Of a stretch of 64,000 nucleotides of DNA, positions 51,559-60,671 are shown piece after piece. Source of the stretch: Candidatus Parcubacteria bacterium (GTDB taxonomy: Bacteria; Patescibacteriota; Patescibacteriia; Patescibacteriales; UBA12075); assembly GCA_023132155.1 (NCBI GenBank), contig JAGLYP010000026.1:1741-65740 (forward strand). Reading direction: 5' to 3'. The notes under the pieces are model-generated. The model did no database searches. It was not told where the DNA came from and worked only from the letters and a program-made list of their open reading frames with translations. Positions within the stretch are counted from its first letter, which is position 1. Every line of letters begins with the position of its first letter. Position numbers and translations under genes: made by a program.

Positions 51559-51609
51559 ATGAATAAAATTATATCGCCAATTTACCCCCCGATCAATTTG
51601 GATGTTTAG
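51559..51609 (+). CDS. Putative proline attenuator leader peptide MNKIISPIYPPINLDV
   Basis: ATG...TAG with three clustered Pro codons (CCA, CCC, CCG) overlapping hairpin segment 1. Confidence 0.7.
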   Translation: MNKIISPIYPPINLDV

Positions 51610-51673
51610 TTTTAGCTTGGGGTTTTATTTTGGCGATAAAATGTTAAAACAATCCTAAGCGGGTTGTTTTTTT
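51572..51673 (+). promoter_or_regulatory. Attenuator: protector, antiterminator and terminator hairpins
   Basis: tatcgccaa pairs with ttggcgata; gcttggggtt pairs with aatcctaagc; aaaacaatcc-taagc-gggttgtttt plus T-tract. Confidence 0.72.
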
Positions 51674-51703
51674 GTTATTTTAAAAAAATATAAGGAGGGA
51701 AAG

Positions 51704-52471
51704 ATGTCAAGAATTGTGATTAAAATCGGTTCAGCTGTGATTACGGACAATGGCAATGGTCTGGACGGTGATTTTATTGGCGAGATAGCCCATCAAGTTA
51801 ATGAATTAATTGTTGCCGGTCATGATGTTGTTATTGTAAGCTCAGGAGCGGTGGCCAGCGATCCTAAAAAAAACCGTTCGTGCAATTTAAGAGCGATGAT
51901 TGGTCAAGGAAAATTAATAGGCGAATACGCGCGCCAGTTTGCGAAATTTGAGTTGGAAGTGGCTCAGCTTTTAGTAAAGGATGAAGATTTTTTAAGGATA
52001 AAAAATGATTGCGGTTTGAATCAGCTTGAAATGAATTTGCTGGAGGGGTTTGAAGAAAAAATTGTTACGGTAATAAATTTTAATGATGGAACCAGCGACA
52101 GGGAAATGAAAATGCTGCCGCAATGCGCCGATAATGATGTTACAGCGAAAAACGTTTGCCTGTTGCCGGGAATTAATTTTGATTATTTGATTGTATTGGC
52201 AAATGTTCAGGGAGTAATGGATGAAAAAGGAGAATTAATCCCTTTAATAGATGGTAATAATTACGAGGAAGTTGTTAAAAATTTGAAAGGGGGAAGTCGG
52301 CAAGGTTTTAGCGAAAATGGCATAAAAGTAAAAGCCGAGTCATGCCGCGCGGTTGCAAGAACTGGCAGGGTTGCCATTGTTGCTCCGGGGCATGCTGAAG
52401 ATTGTGTTCTCCGCGCTTTTAATCGCTTGGAAAGTAAAAGTTGGCTGGATTTTGGCACATTTTTCATTTGA
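51704..52471 (+). CDS. proB: Glutamate 5-kinase-like protein (amino acid kinase family, no PUA domain)
   Basis: RIVIKIGS, VVIVSSGAVA, A.IGQ..L...Y, VAQLL, IN.ND, DND; several motifs diverged. Confidence 0.75.
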   Translation: MSRIVIKIGSAVITDNGNGLDGDFIGEIAHQVNELIVAGHDVVIVSSGAVASDPKKNRSCNLRAMIGQGKLIGEYARQFAKFELEVAQLLVKDEDFLRIKNDCGLNQLEMNLLEGFEEKIVTVINFNDGTSDREMKMLPQCADNDVTAKNVCLLPGINFDYLIVLANVQGVMDEKGELIPLIDGNNYEEVVKNLKGGSRQGFSENGIKVKAESCRAVARTGRVAIVAPGHAEDCVLRAFNRLESKSWLDFGTFFI

Positions 52472-52604
52472 CAAAATATCCTGTTTATTGTTATAACTAT
52501 GGCAGTAAACAGGATAAATTTTTTTGACAAAACATATACAAATAATGTATTATATAGATTAGATAATTATTTAAGTGTTCAAAAAATTTGCACAGCTATT
52601 TTTT

Positions 52605-54281
52605 ATGAAACAATCAAAATTATTTGGAAAAACAACAAAAACAATATCAAAAGACATAAAGATAACATCCCATAAGTTATTATATCAGGCCGGATTTATA
52701 AGAGAGTCGGTTGCGGGCAGGTATTATTTTTTACCTTTGGGTATGAGAGTGAGAGAAAAAATAGTTAAGATTATTGAGGAGGAAATGAATAAGGCCGGCG
52801 CGATAAAGATTATTACACCGGTACTTCATCCCTTGGAGTTATGGAAAGAGACCGCAAGAAATGATTCTGTCGGGTTTGAATTAATGACTATTAAGGATAG
52901 AAACGGAAGCGATTTTGCGCTTGGCGGAACAGCCGAAGAGATGATGGTTGATTTGGTAAGAGGTTTTAACTTAAGTTATAAAGATTTGCCTTTTAATATT
53001 TATCAATTTTCACAAAAATTTCGAGACGAATTGCGAGCTAGAGGCGGGCTTTTGCGCGTGCGCGAGTTTTTAATGAAAGACGCGTATTCATTTCATGCTG
53101 ATGAAAACGATTTTAAGAAAGAATATAAAAATATGTGGAATGTTTACAAAAATATTTTCCAGAGGCTCTGCCTTGAAACAGTGGTGGTAGAAGCGGATAA
53201 TGGATATATTGGAGGAGATTATTGCCATGAATTTGTAGTTGAAAGCGATGTGGGGGAAAGTCGGTTTTTAATAACTGAAGACGGACAATATGCGGCGCAT
53301 GAAGATGTGGCAATATTTAAAAAAGAAAATAAAAATATTAATGAAAAAGAAAAGGAATTAGCAGAAGTAGAAGCAAAAAGAGGCAATACAATGGATGACG
53401 GAGTTAAGTTGCATAATATGCCATTATGGCAGCAAATAAAAGATGTTATGTTTATAGATGATAAGGGCAGGTATATTTTGGCGGTAATAAGGGGAGATTT
53501 TGATATAAATGAAACTAAGTTATTAAATATAACGAAGTCTAATGATTTACGGTTAGCTACAAATGATGAAATAAGGAAAATCGGCAGTGAGTCCGGATTT
53601 ATATCTCCGGTAAGAATTAATAAAAATGTCATTGTGGTTGGGGACGATTCTTTAAGAACCACAAAAAATGCTTATGGAGGAGCAAATAAGAAGCATAGGG
53701 ATTTATTAAATGTAAATATTGATAGAGATTATAAATTAAATTTGGAAGGGGATATTGCTATGGCGCAGGAAGAATTTTGCGACAATAACAATAAAGTTTT
53801 AATAGAAAGAAAAGGTATTGAGGTTGGTAATATTTTTCAATTGGGTTATCATTATAGTAAAAAAATGAATGCTAAATTTACTGATTGCGACGGTCAAGAA
53901 AAATTTTATTATATGGGTTGTTACGGTATTGGCGTTGACAGAACAATGGCTGCAATCGCGGAGAAACATAATGATGAAAAAGGCATAATTTGGCCGGAAT
54001 CGGTTGCTCCGTTTAAAGCGCATTTACTATCGTTAAATCAAAATGAAAAAGCAGAAGAGCTGTACAAAAATTTAGAACAGGCGGGAATTGAAGTTTTGTA
54101 TGATGATAGAGATTTAAGACCGGGAGAAAAATTCGCTGACGCGGACCTAATCGGTATTCCATACAGAGTAGTTATTAGCGCGAAAACTTTAAAAGAAAAT
54201 TCAGTTGAACTTAAAAGGCGCGATTCAGAAAAGGTTGAGATGGTTAAGATAGATGAGTTAATTAACAAATTGAAAGTTTAA
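52605..54281 (+). CDS. proS: Proline--tRNA ligase (bacterial type with INS editing domain)
   Basis: SHKLL.QAGFI, KFRDELR.RGGL.RVREF.MKD.YSF, GIEVGNIFQLG, MGCYGIG, GEKFADADLIG. Confidence 0.96.
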   Translation: MKQSKLFGKTTKTISKDIKITSHKLLYQAGFIRESVAGRYYFLPLGMRVREKIVKIIEEEMNKAGAIKIITPVLHPLELWKETARNDSVGFELMTIKDRNGSDFALGGTAEEMMVDLVRGFNLSYKDLPFNIYQFSQKFRDELRARGGLLRVREFLMKDAYSFHADENDFKKEYKNMWNVYKNIFQRLCLETVVVEADNGYIGGDYCHEFVVESDVGESRFLITEDGQYAAHEDVAIFKKENKNINEKEKELAEVEAKRGNTMDDGVKLHNMPLWQQIKDVMFIDDKGRYILAVIRGDFDINETKLLNITKSNDLRLATNDEIRKIGSESGFISPVRINKNVIVVGDDSLRTTKNAYGGANKKHRDLLNVNIDRDYKLNLEGDIAMAQEEFCDNNNKVLIERKGIEVGNIFQLGYHYSKKMNAKFTDCDGQEKFYYMGCYGIGVDRTMAAIAEKHNDEKGIIWPESVAPFKAHLLSLNQNEKAEELYKNLEQAGIEVLYDDRDLRPGEKFADADLIGIPYRVVISAKTLKENSVELKRRDSEKVEMVKIDELINKLKV

Positions 54282-54355
54282 AAGTAGAAAGTTATAAAGT
54301 GTAATTATTAATTGCATCGCACCATTTTTGTTATGTGTTGCGTGTTATGTGTTGT

Positions 54356-55399
54356 GTGTTTAATAAATTATTAGGAAAATTTAGCAAAGATCTCGGCATA
54401 GATTTAGGCACGAAAAATACTCTTGTCTATACCGCTGATAAAGGCATAGTTATTAATGAGCCGTCGGTTGTGGCCGTGAATACGCGCACTGATGAAATTT
54501 TGGCTGTGGGGGACGAAGCCAAAAAAATGGTTGGGAAAACTCCAGGCCATATTCAGGCGATAAGGCCTTTGGTTGACGGTGTAATTTCCGATTTTGAAGT
54601 TACTGAAAAAATGCTTAAATATTTTATTGATAAGGTTCACGCGGAAAGTTTTACGTTAATTCCGCGTCCGCGAGTTGTTATCGGCATCCCTTTGGATATT
54701 ACCGAGGTGGAAAAAAAGGCGGTTAAAGACGCTGCAAAATCAGCAGGGGCCAGACAGGTGTATTTAATTGAGGAGTCAATGGCGGCCGCTATCGGCGCGC
54801 GTTTGCCGGTAGCCGATCCGACCGCGACTATGATAGTTGATATTGGCGGCGGAACTACGGAAATTTCGGTAATTTCTTTGGGCGGGGTTGTTTCATGGAA
54901 ATCGCTTAGACAGGCGGGAAATGAATTGGATAATAATATAATTCAATATTTTAGGGATGAGTTTAGCATATTAATCGGCGAGCAAGTAGCGGAAAATGTT
55001 AAATTGCAAATCGGTTCGGCCGCTGTTTTAAAAGAGCCGATGGAGATGGAAGCGCGCGGAAGAGATCTTATTAACGGCTTGCCTCGCGCCGTTGTTATTA
55101 ATGACAGCCAAATTAGAGAAGCTATTAGCAGAACGGTTAATCAAGTCATTGATAACATAAAAATTACCATGGAAACCACTCCGCCCGAATTGGTTTCTGA
55201 TATATATGAGCATGGCATAACTTTGGCCGGCGGCGGCGCGCTTTTAAGGGGCTTGGATAAAGAAATCGCGCAAGCTACAAAGATTCCCGTGCGAGTAGCG
55301 GATGATGCCTTGACTTGCGTTGTTAGGGGCGCGGGGATTTTATTAGAGGATCCTGAATTGCTGGAAAAAGTTTTGACTCCAAATAGCGATGAATTTTAA
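54356..55399 (+). CDS. mreB: Rod shape-determining protein MreB
   Basis: LGIDLGT.NT, EPSVVA, MAAAIGA, VDIGGGT.E, GGGALL; start uncertain (54335-54356). Confidence 0.96.
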   Translation: MFNKLLGKFSKDLGIDLGTKNTLVYTADKGIVINEPSVVAVNTRTDEILAVGDEAKKMVGKTPGHIQAIRPLVDGVISDFEVTEKMLKYFIDKVHAESFTLIPRPRVVIGIPLDITEVEKKAVKDAAKSAGARQVYLIEESMAAAIGARLPVADPTATMIVDIGGGTTEISVISLGGVVSWKSLRQAGNELDNNIIQYFRDEFSILIGEQVAENVKLQIGSAAVLKEPMEMEARGRDLINGLPRAVVINDSQIREAISRTVNQVIDNIKITMETTPPELVSDIYEHGITLAGGGALLRGLDKEIAQATKIPVRVADDALTCVVRGAGILLEDPELLEKVLTPNSDEF

Positions 55400-55438
55400 T
55401 AAATATTTATTTATTTTTAAATTTTATAGCGGGTTTAT

Positions 55439-56248
55439 ATGATTTTTAGTAAAAAGAAAAATATAGTAATATTCATAGCAGCATTTGCGCTGCTTGTTTT
55501 TTTGTATGGAATCGGAGTTTTAAAGCCGGTTGAAAATTTGCTTACGCGAATTTTAAATCCGGTTTTGAAGCAATTTTATATAATCGGAACAGATATTAAA
55601 AATATTTATGAAGAGCAAACATCAAAATATGATTTGACTAAAGTTGTGAATGAACTGCGGGAAGAGGTTATGGCTTTGTCCGGTGAAAACGCTAAATTAA
55701 AAACCGTAGTTAGGGAAAATGATATTTTGCGCGAACATTTAGGTTTTTTGGAAAGAAATGAATTGAAATATGTAATGTCTAATGTCATCTCCAAGGAAGA
55801 TATTTTAAATGTCGGCGGGCAAACAGAGGTTATAATTATTGATAAAGGCGAACAGAATGGAATTCGCAGGGGTTTGTCAGCGGTGAATAGCCAAGGGGTG
55901 ATAATCGGCAAGGTTGCGGAAGCAAAGGAGCGAGTAGCAAAGATATATTTGGCAAGCAGTGATAAATGTAAATTAGCGGTTACAATATTGGGGGACGATG
56001 ATACAAGCGGAATCGCCCAAGGAAGCCTTGGACTGGTTATAAAAATGGATTTTATTCCGCAGATAAAAAATTTAAATATTAACGATATTGTAGTGAGCTC
56101 CGGTTTAGAAAAAGATATACCGCGCGGCTTGGTCGTCGGCAAGATTAGCGAAGTGCGCAAAGAAAGCAATAAATTGTGGCAAAGCGCGATTATTGAACCG
56201 ATGCTGGATATGGATGAATTAATAATCGTATCAGTAATCATACCTTAG
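55439..56248 (+). CDS. mreC: Rod shape-determining protein MreC
   Basis: TM, coiled coil EN..LR..L, IIDKG...GI, VVSSGL...PRGL.VG; operon position. Confidence 0.92.
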   Translation: MIFSKKKNIVIFIAAFALLVFLYGIGVLKPVENLLTRILNPVLKQFYIIGTDIKNIYEEQTSKYDLTKVVNELREEVMALSGENAKLKTVVRENDILREHLGFLERNELKYVMSNVISKEDILNVGGQTEVIIIDKGEQNGIRRGLSAVNSQGVIIGKVAEAKERVAKIYLASSDKCKLAVTILGDDDTSGIAQGSLGLVIKMDFIPQIKNLNINDIVVSSGLEKDIPRGLVVGKISEVRKESNKLWQSAIIEPMLDMDELIIVSVIIP

Positions 56249-56797
56249 ATGTATTTAAAAATATTAAACCAAATTATTTTTTTTAGTTTGATAACCCTTA
56301 TTCAAATCGGTTTTGTCGGAGCTTTGCCCGTTTGGTTTAGCGAATTTAATTTGGTGTTGTTGATTTTGGTTTTTTTTCTCGGGTTTAACAAATTAAAAAC
56401 AGCTTTATTTTGGGGCGCGGGAATGGGCATTGTTTATGATTTATATTCTTTTGCCCCTTCTGGAGCATATACAATAAGCATGGTAATAACGATTTTTTTG
56501 GCTTATTTTTTGATGGAAAATTTTTTAACCAACCGTTCGCTTTACTCTTTTTTGGTTTTGGCGTCATTTACTTTTTTTTGTTTTGAATTTTTTTCTTACG
56601 CGATAATAAATATAAGCAGTTTGGCTCTTAACCGGGAATTTTTGTTTATTTTTAATAAATCGTTTTTTTTGCATAAAATGTATGGCTTGTTTTTGAATTT
56701 ATTTTTGATGTCAATATTTTTGTATTTGTTTAATTTTTTCAGCTTCAGATTTAAGCCGGTTTTTTTAAAAAAGAAAAAAATAATCGCCGCTAAATAA
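56249..56797 (+). CDS. mreD: Rod shape-determining protein MreD
   Basis: Polytopic membrane protein with G...D motif, lying between mreC and mrdA. Confidence 0.8.
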   Translation: MYLKILNQIIFFSLITLIQIGFVGALPVWFSEFNLVLLILVFFLGFNKLKTALFWGAGMGIVYDLYSFAPSGAYTISMVITIFLAYFLMENFLTNRSLYSFLVLASFTFFCFEFFSYAIINISSLALNREFLFIFNKSFFLHKMYGLFLNLFLMSIFLYLFNFFSFRFKPVFLKKKKIIAAK

Positions 56798-56798
56798 C

Positions 56799-56834
56799 GG
56801 GACTGTCGCCAAACTGCTGTTTGGCGATAGTCCC
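56799..56834. repeat. Intergenic palindrome
   Basis: gggactgtcgccaaac-tgct-gtttggcgatagtccc, no T-tract. Confidence 0.65.
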
Positions 56835-56840
56835 ATAGCT

Positions 56841-58847
56841 ATGAAAAAAAATAAGACTATCAATCCTTTTACAATTCAGAGTGGAAGGTTTAAGGACGGA
56901 CAAATAAATAAGTTTAATAAATCGTCTTGGTTTGAAGACGTTTTTATTTTTGATAAAAAAGAAAGAGAAATGGTTGGAAACAGTTTTAATCCGGGAAAAT
57001 TAAAAATATTGTCAGCCTTTTTTATTTTTTTGCTTTTGTTTCTTTTGGGAAAATCAGCTTGGCTGCAAATCGTCAAAGGCGATTATTATTATTCAGTCGC
57101 GGAGGGAAACCGCGTTAGAATAGAGCGAATTGAGCCGAAAAGAGGGGTGATATATGACAGGTTCGGCAGGCCGCTGGTAAGAAATAGGGCTAATTTTATG
57201 CTATATTTCATTCCGGCTGATATAAGCAAAGATGAAAAGGAAAGAAATTTAATATTTAATAAATTAGGCTTGATTCTTGAGGATTTAAGCGCGAGTGATT
57301 TAAGCGCAAAATATAATTCAGTTTCGCAAAAATCTTTGGATCCGCAAAAATCTTTGGAGGCTTATCAGCCTTTATTTGTCGTTGATAATATTGGATATGA
57401 AAAGGCAATGAAGTTGTATTTATTATCCGATTTTTGGCCGGGAATTGTGTTGTCAAACCGGACAAACCGCGATTACTTAGTGTATGGTCTGGAAAATGAA
57501 AGTGAACAAGCCGATTATTTTCTTTCCATGTCGCATATTATGGGCTATACGGGGAAAATTAACAAAACCGAACTTGAGCAATTTGGTGAAGAGTATTTAG
57601 CTATTGACTATATTGGAAAGATGGGAATTGAATATTTTTGGGAAAACGAGCTTAAAGGCAAAAGCGGGCGGAAGCAAATTGAAGTTGACGCTTTGGGAAA
57701 ACAAAAGAAAATTATCGGCATAGTTGAACCTGAAGACGGAAATAATTTGGTTTTGTCTTTGGATGTTATGGCGCAAATTAAGCTTGAAGAAATTTTAAAT
57801 AAGCATTTAAAAGAATTAAACCTTGCCAAGGCATCGGCGATTGTAATGGATCCTGAAAATGGCGAAATATTATCAATGGTTAGCTTGCCGGCTTATAATA
57901 ATAATGCTTTCGCGCGCGGTATATCGCACGAGGAATATAACGTTTTGGTTAATCATCCCTATAACCCATTATTTAATCGTTCAATTAGCGGTGAATATCC
58001 TTCCGGCTCCACAATTAAGCCTCTTATTTCAGCGGCGGCCTTGGAAGAAGGAATTATTAGCGAACACACAAGCTTTTTAAGCGTTGGAGGACTTAGGATA
58101 GGAGAATGGTTTTTTCCGGATTGGCTCGCCGGCGGGCACGGAAGAACAAACGTTCGTAAAGCAATCGCACAGTCGGTAAATACTTTTTTTTATTATATTG
58201 GCGGAGGCTATGAAGATTTTCGCGGGCTGGGAGTTGACAGGATCGTTGAATACGGCCGTTTGTTCGGCTTGGGCGCGCAAATGGGAATTGATTTAGCCGG
58301 CGAGTCAAGCGGATTTTTACCAACCAGAGAATGGAAGGAGAATTATAAAAACGAGCCATGGTATATCGGCGATACATATCATTTGGCAATCGGCCAAGGG
58401 GACTTGCTGGTTACGCCATTGCAAGTAGCGGTTTTTACAAGCGTTTTCGCGAATTCAGGAAAATTATATCGCCCGCATTTTATCAAGGAAATTTTATCAA
58501 GCGATGATAAGGTAATAAGAATTTCCGAAAATGAGCCGGTAAGAAAAGATTTTATTGACCCTTATAATATCCACGTGGTGCGGCAAGGAATGCGCCAGAC
58601 AGTAACTTCCGGTTCTGCCCGCAGTATGCAGACAGTACCGGTGGAGGTTGCGGGAAAAACCGGAACCGCCCAATGGTCAAGCAAGCACGAGACCCACGCA
58701 TGGTTTACCGGTTTCGCGCCTTATGACAATCCTGAATTGGTAATCACAGTTTTAATTGAACAAGGCGGAGAAGGCAGCAGTGTTGCCGTACCGATTGCAA
58801 AAGAATTTTTGCAGTGGTATTTTGGGGAGTATAAAAATGAGGAGTAG
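56841..58847 (+). CDS. mrdA: Penicillin-binding protein 2
   Basis: RG.IYDR.G, GSTIK (SxxK), SVN (SxN), GKTGTAQ, HAWF.GFAP. Confidence 0.95.
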   Translation: MKKNKTINPFTIQSGRFKDGQINKFNKSSWFEDVFIFDKKEREMVGNSFNPGKLKILSAFFIFLLLFLLGKSAWLQIVKGDYYYSVAEGNRVRIERIEPKRGVIYDRFGRPLVRNRANFMLYFIPADISKDEKERNLIFNKLGLILEDLSASDLSAKYNSVSQKSLDPQKSLEAYQPLFVVDNIGYEKAMKLYLLSDFWPGIVLSNRTNRDYLVYGLENESEQADYFLSMSHIMGYTGKINKTELEQFGEEYLAIDYIGKMGIEYFWENELKGKSGRKQIEVDALGKQKKIIGIVEPEDGNNLVLSLDVMAQIKLEEILNKHLKELNLAKASAIVMDPENGEILSMVSLPAYNNNAFARGISHEEYNVLVNHPYNPLFNRSISGEYPSGSTIKPLISAAALEEGIISEHTSFLSVGGLRIGEWFFPDWLAGGHGRTNVRKAIAQSVNTFFYYIGGGYEDFRGLGVDRIVEYGRLFGLGAQMGIDLAGESSGFLPTREWKENYKNEPWYIGDTYHLAIGQGDLLVTPLQVAVFTSVFANSGKLYRPHFIKEILSSDDKVIRISENEPVRKDFIDPYNIHVVRQGMRQTVTSGSARSMQTVPVEVAGKTGTAQWSSKHETHAWFTGFAPYDNPELVITVLIEQGGEGSSVAVPIAKEFLQWYFGEYKNEE

Positions 58848-58908
58848 GGAGTGATTGGATTTTATTTAATTTTTTTGTGAATAATATAAATTAGTTTTAA
58901 CTAAAAAT

Positions 58909-59505
58909 ATGATAAAAGCGATAGTCTTTGATTTTGACGGGGTTTTGGGGGATACATGGGATACCAGTATTGGTATTTGCAGGGAATTAAATATAGATTT
59001 TACTATTGATGATTTTAAGGATCATCATAATGGCAATGTATTTGAAAGACCAAAACTTGAATTTTCAAAAAAACAAGCTGATGAATTTTTTTTAGCTTAT
59101 GAAGAAAAGATTAGCGGCAATAAACTCTTTCCTTTGCAGCCGGAGCTTAAAAGGCTTAATCAAAAATATAAAATATTCGTGATTTCAAGCAGCAAGGAAA
59201 CGGCTATTAAAAAATATTTTGTTTTGGGGGAGTGGGATCACTATTTTGAAAAAATATTTGGCATTGAAATTGATAAATCAAAATTAAAAAAGTTTAAAAA
59301 ATTATTTCAAGATTATAATTTAAAGCCGGAAGAATGTGTTTTTGTTACCGATACATTGGGGGACTTGATAGAAGGTGAAAAGGCGGGAGTAAAAACATTA
59401 GCGGTTACTTGGGGTTACCACGGAGAGATGAGATTAAAAAAAGGAAATCCGGATAAAATAATTCATAATTTTAACGAACTCGCTAACGCGGTTGGCTCAA
59501 TATGA
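58909..59505 (+). CDS. HAD-superfamily hydrolase
   Basis: FDFDGV, ISS, K, FVTDT.GD, VTWGY. Confidence 0.9.
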   Translation: MIKAIVFDFDGVLGDTWDTSIGICRELNIDFTIDDFKDHHNGNVFERPKLEFSKKQADEFFLAYEEKISGNKLFPLQPELKRLNQKYKIFVISSSKETAIKKYFVLGEWDHYFEKIFGIEIDKSKLKKFKKLFQDYNLKPEECVFVTDTLGDLIEGEKAGVKTLAVTWGYHGEMRLKKGNPDKIIHNFNELANAVGSI

Positions 59506-60323
59506 ATTTTAAAATAGCTGTAAAAGGAATTATAAGGCGGGGTGATGGGAAAATTTTGATTGTCAAAAGGAGCAGTCAGGATAGTTTTATGCCGGGAATT
59601 TGGGAAACTGTCGGCGGCGGCGTTAAAGAAAAAGATAATCCAAAGAAGGCCTTGGAAAGAGAAATTATGGAAGAGGTTGGGCTTACGGTTAGGATTGGCG
59701 AGCCCTTTAATGTTTTTACTTTTAACAATAACAAAGGCGAGTTTAAAATTGGCATTACTTTTGTGTGCGATTATCTTGGCGGCGAAATCAAGCTAAGCTC
59801 GGAACATAGTGATTTTAAATGGATTGATCCGACGATTATTAAACAATTTTACTCTATTCCATTATTCTATAATGAAATAACAGCTTATTCAAACAAGTAC
59901 AGCGCTGATTATGAAAGGTTTACAGTTAGCCAAAAAGCGGTTATTATCCGTGATGATAAATGTTTTGTCGCGGAAATTAACAAGACACCCGGAATATGGG
60001 ATTTGCCTGGCGGACGGATTGACAGGCGCGAAGACGCCGAAAAGGCCTTTAGGCGGGAAATAAAAGAAGAAATCGGCGTGAGCGATTTTGAAATTTTAGC
60101 CACTTATGACTGTGATACTTGGCTGTCTCCTGTTGGAGCGGCGGTTTACGGCAGTGTCAGTTTAATTAGTACTGACAAGAAAATCGTGTTAAGCACTGAA
60201 CACGCGCAATGCAAATGGATAAACAAATCCGAAATTGACGATTATAATTATATTTGGCCGGCCATGAATCGGATGATAAAGAAGGGGTTTTGGTATTATG
60301 GTTTGTTAAGGGGTGGGGATTGA
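59502..60323 (+). CDS. Tandem Nudix hydrolase (two domains)
   Basis: GGG.......ALEREIMEEVG and PGGR......AFRREIKEEIG, each followed by LS.EH...W. Confidence 0.9.
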   Translation: MNFKIAVKGIIRRGDGKILIVKRSSQDSFMPGIWETVGGGVKEKDNPKKALEREIMEEVGLTVRIGEPFNVFTFNNNKGEFKIGITFVCDYLGGEIKLSSEHSDFKWIDPTIIKQFYSIPLFYNEITAYSNKYSADYERFTVSQKAVIIRDDKCFVAEINKTPGIWDLPGGRIDRREDAEKAFRREIKEEIGVSDFEILATYDCDTWLSPVGAAVYGSVSLISTDKKIVLSTEHAQCKWINKSEIDDYNYIWPAMNRMIKKGFWYYGLLRGGD

Positions 60324-60425
60324 TTTTTTTGTGTGTGGGGTGAATAAATATAGTTATTTTGCCATATGAGTTAAAATATTATAAAATAAAAATAGAAAAG
60401 ATAAATTAATTATAAAATTTTATAT

Positions 60426-60587
60426 ATGACAAAGAAAAATTATAATAAAGTCAATTTAACATCATCGGATTTATCTCAAGAAAAACAGAAAGAATTAAGA
60501 AAAATTCTTCCAGAGGCATTTAGCGAGAATAAGATAGATTGGGAAAAATTAAAGCAGGGCTTGACGTATTTAAAAACGGCAATATAG
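60426..60587 (+). pseudogene. N-terminal fragment of a type III restriction-modification Mod methyltransferase
   Basis: MTKKNYNKVNLTSSDLSQEKQKELRKILPEAFSENKIDWEKLKQ resembles Mod N-termini (L..LFPE.F.EGKID.EKL), then stops after 53 aa. Confidence 0.65.
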
Positions 60588-60671
60588 CAGTTAATACGGT
60601 TGGTTCATCAAGGACTGAGCTTAATATTAAAAACATACCTGGTTATTTGGAGTTTTATAAAAATTTGAAGG

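Noticed and set aside
55606..56241. 211-aa antisense ORF
   Set aside because: Lies entirely opposite mreC.
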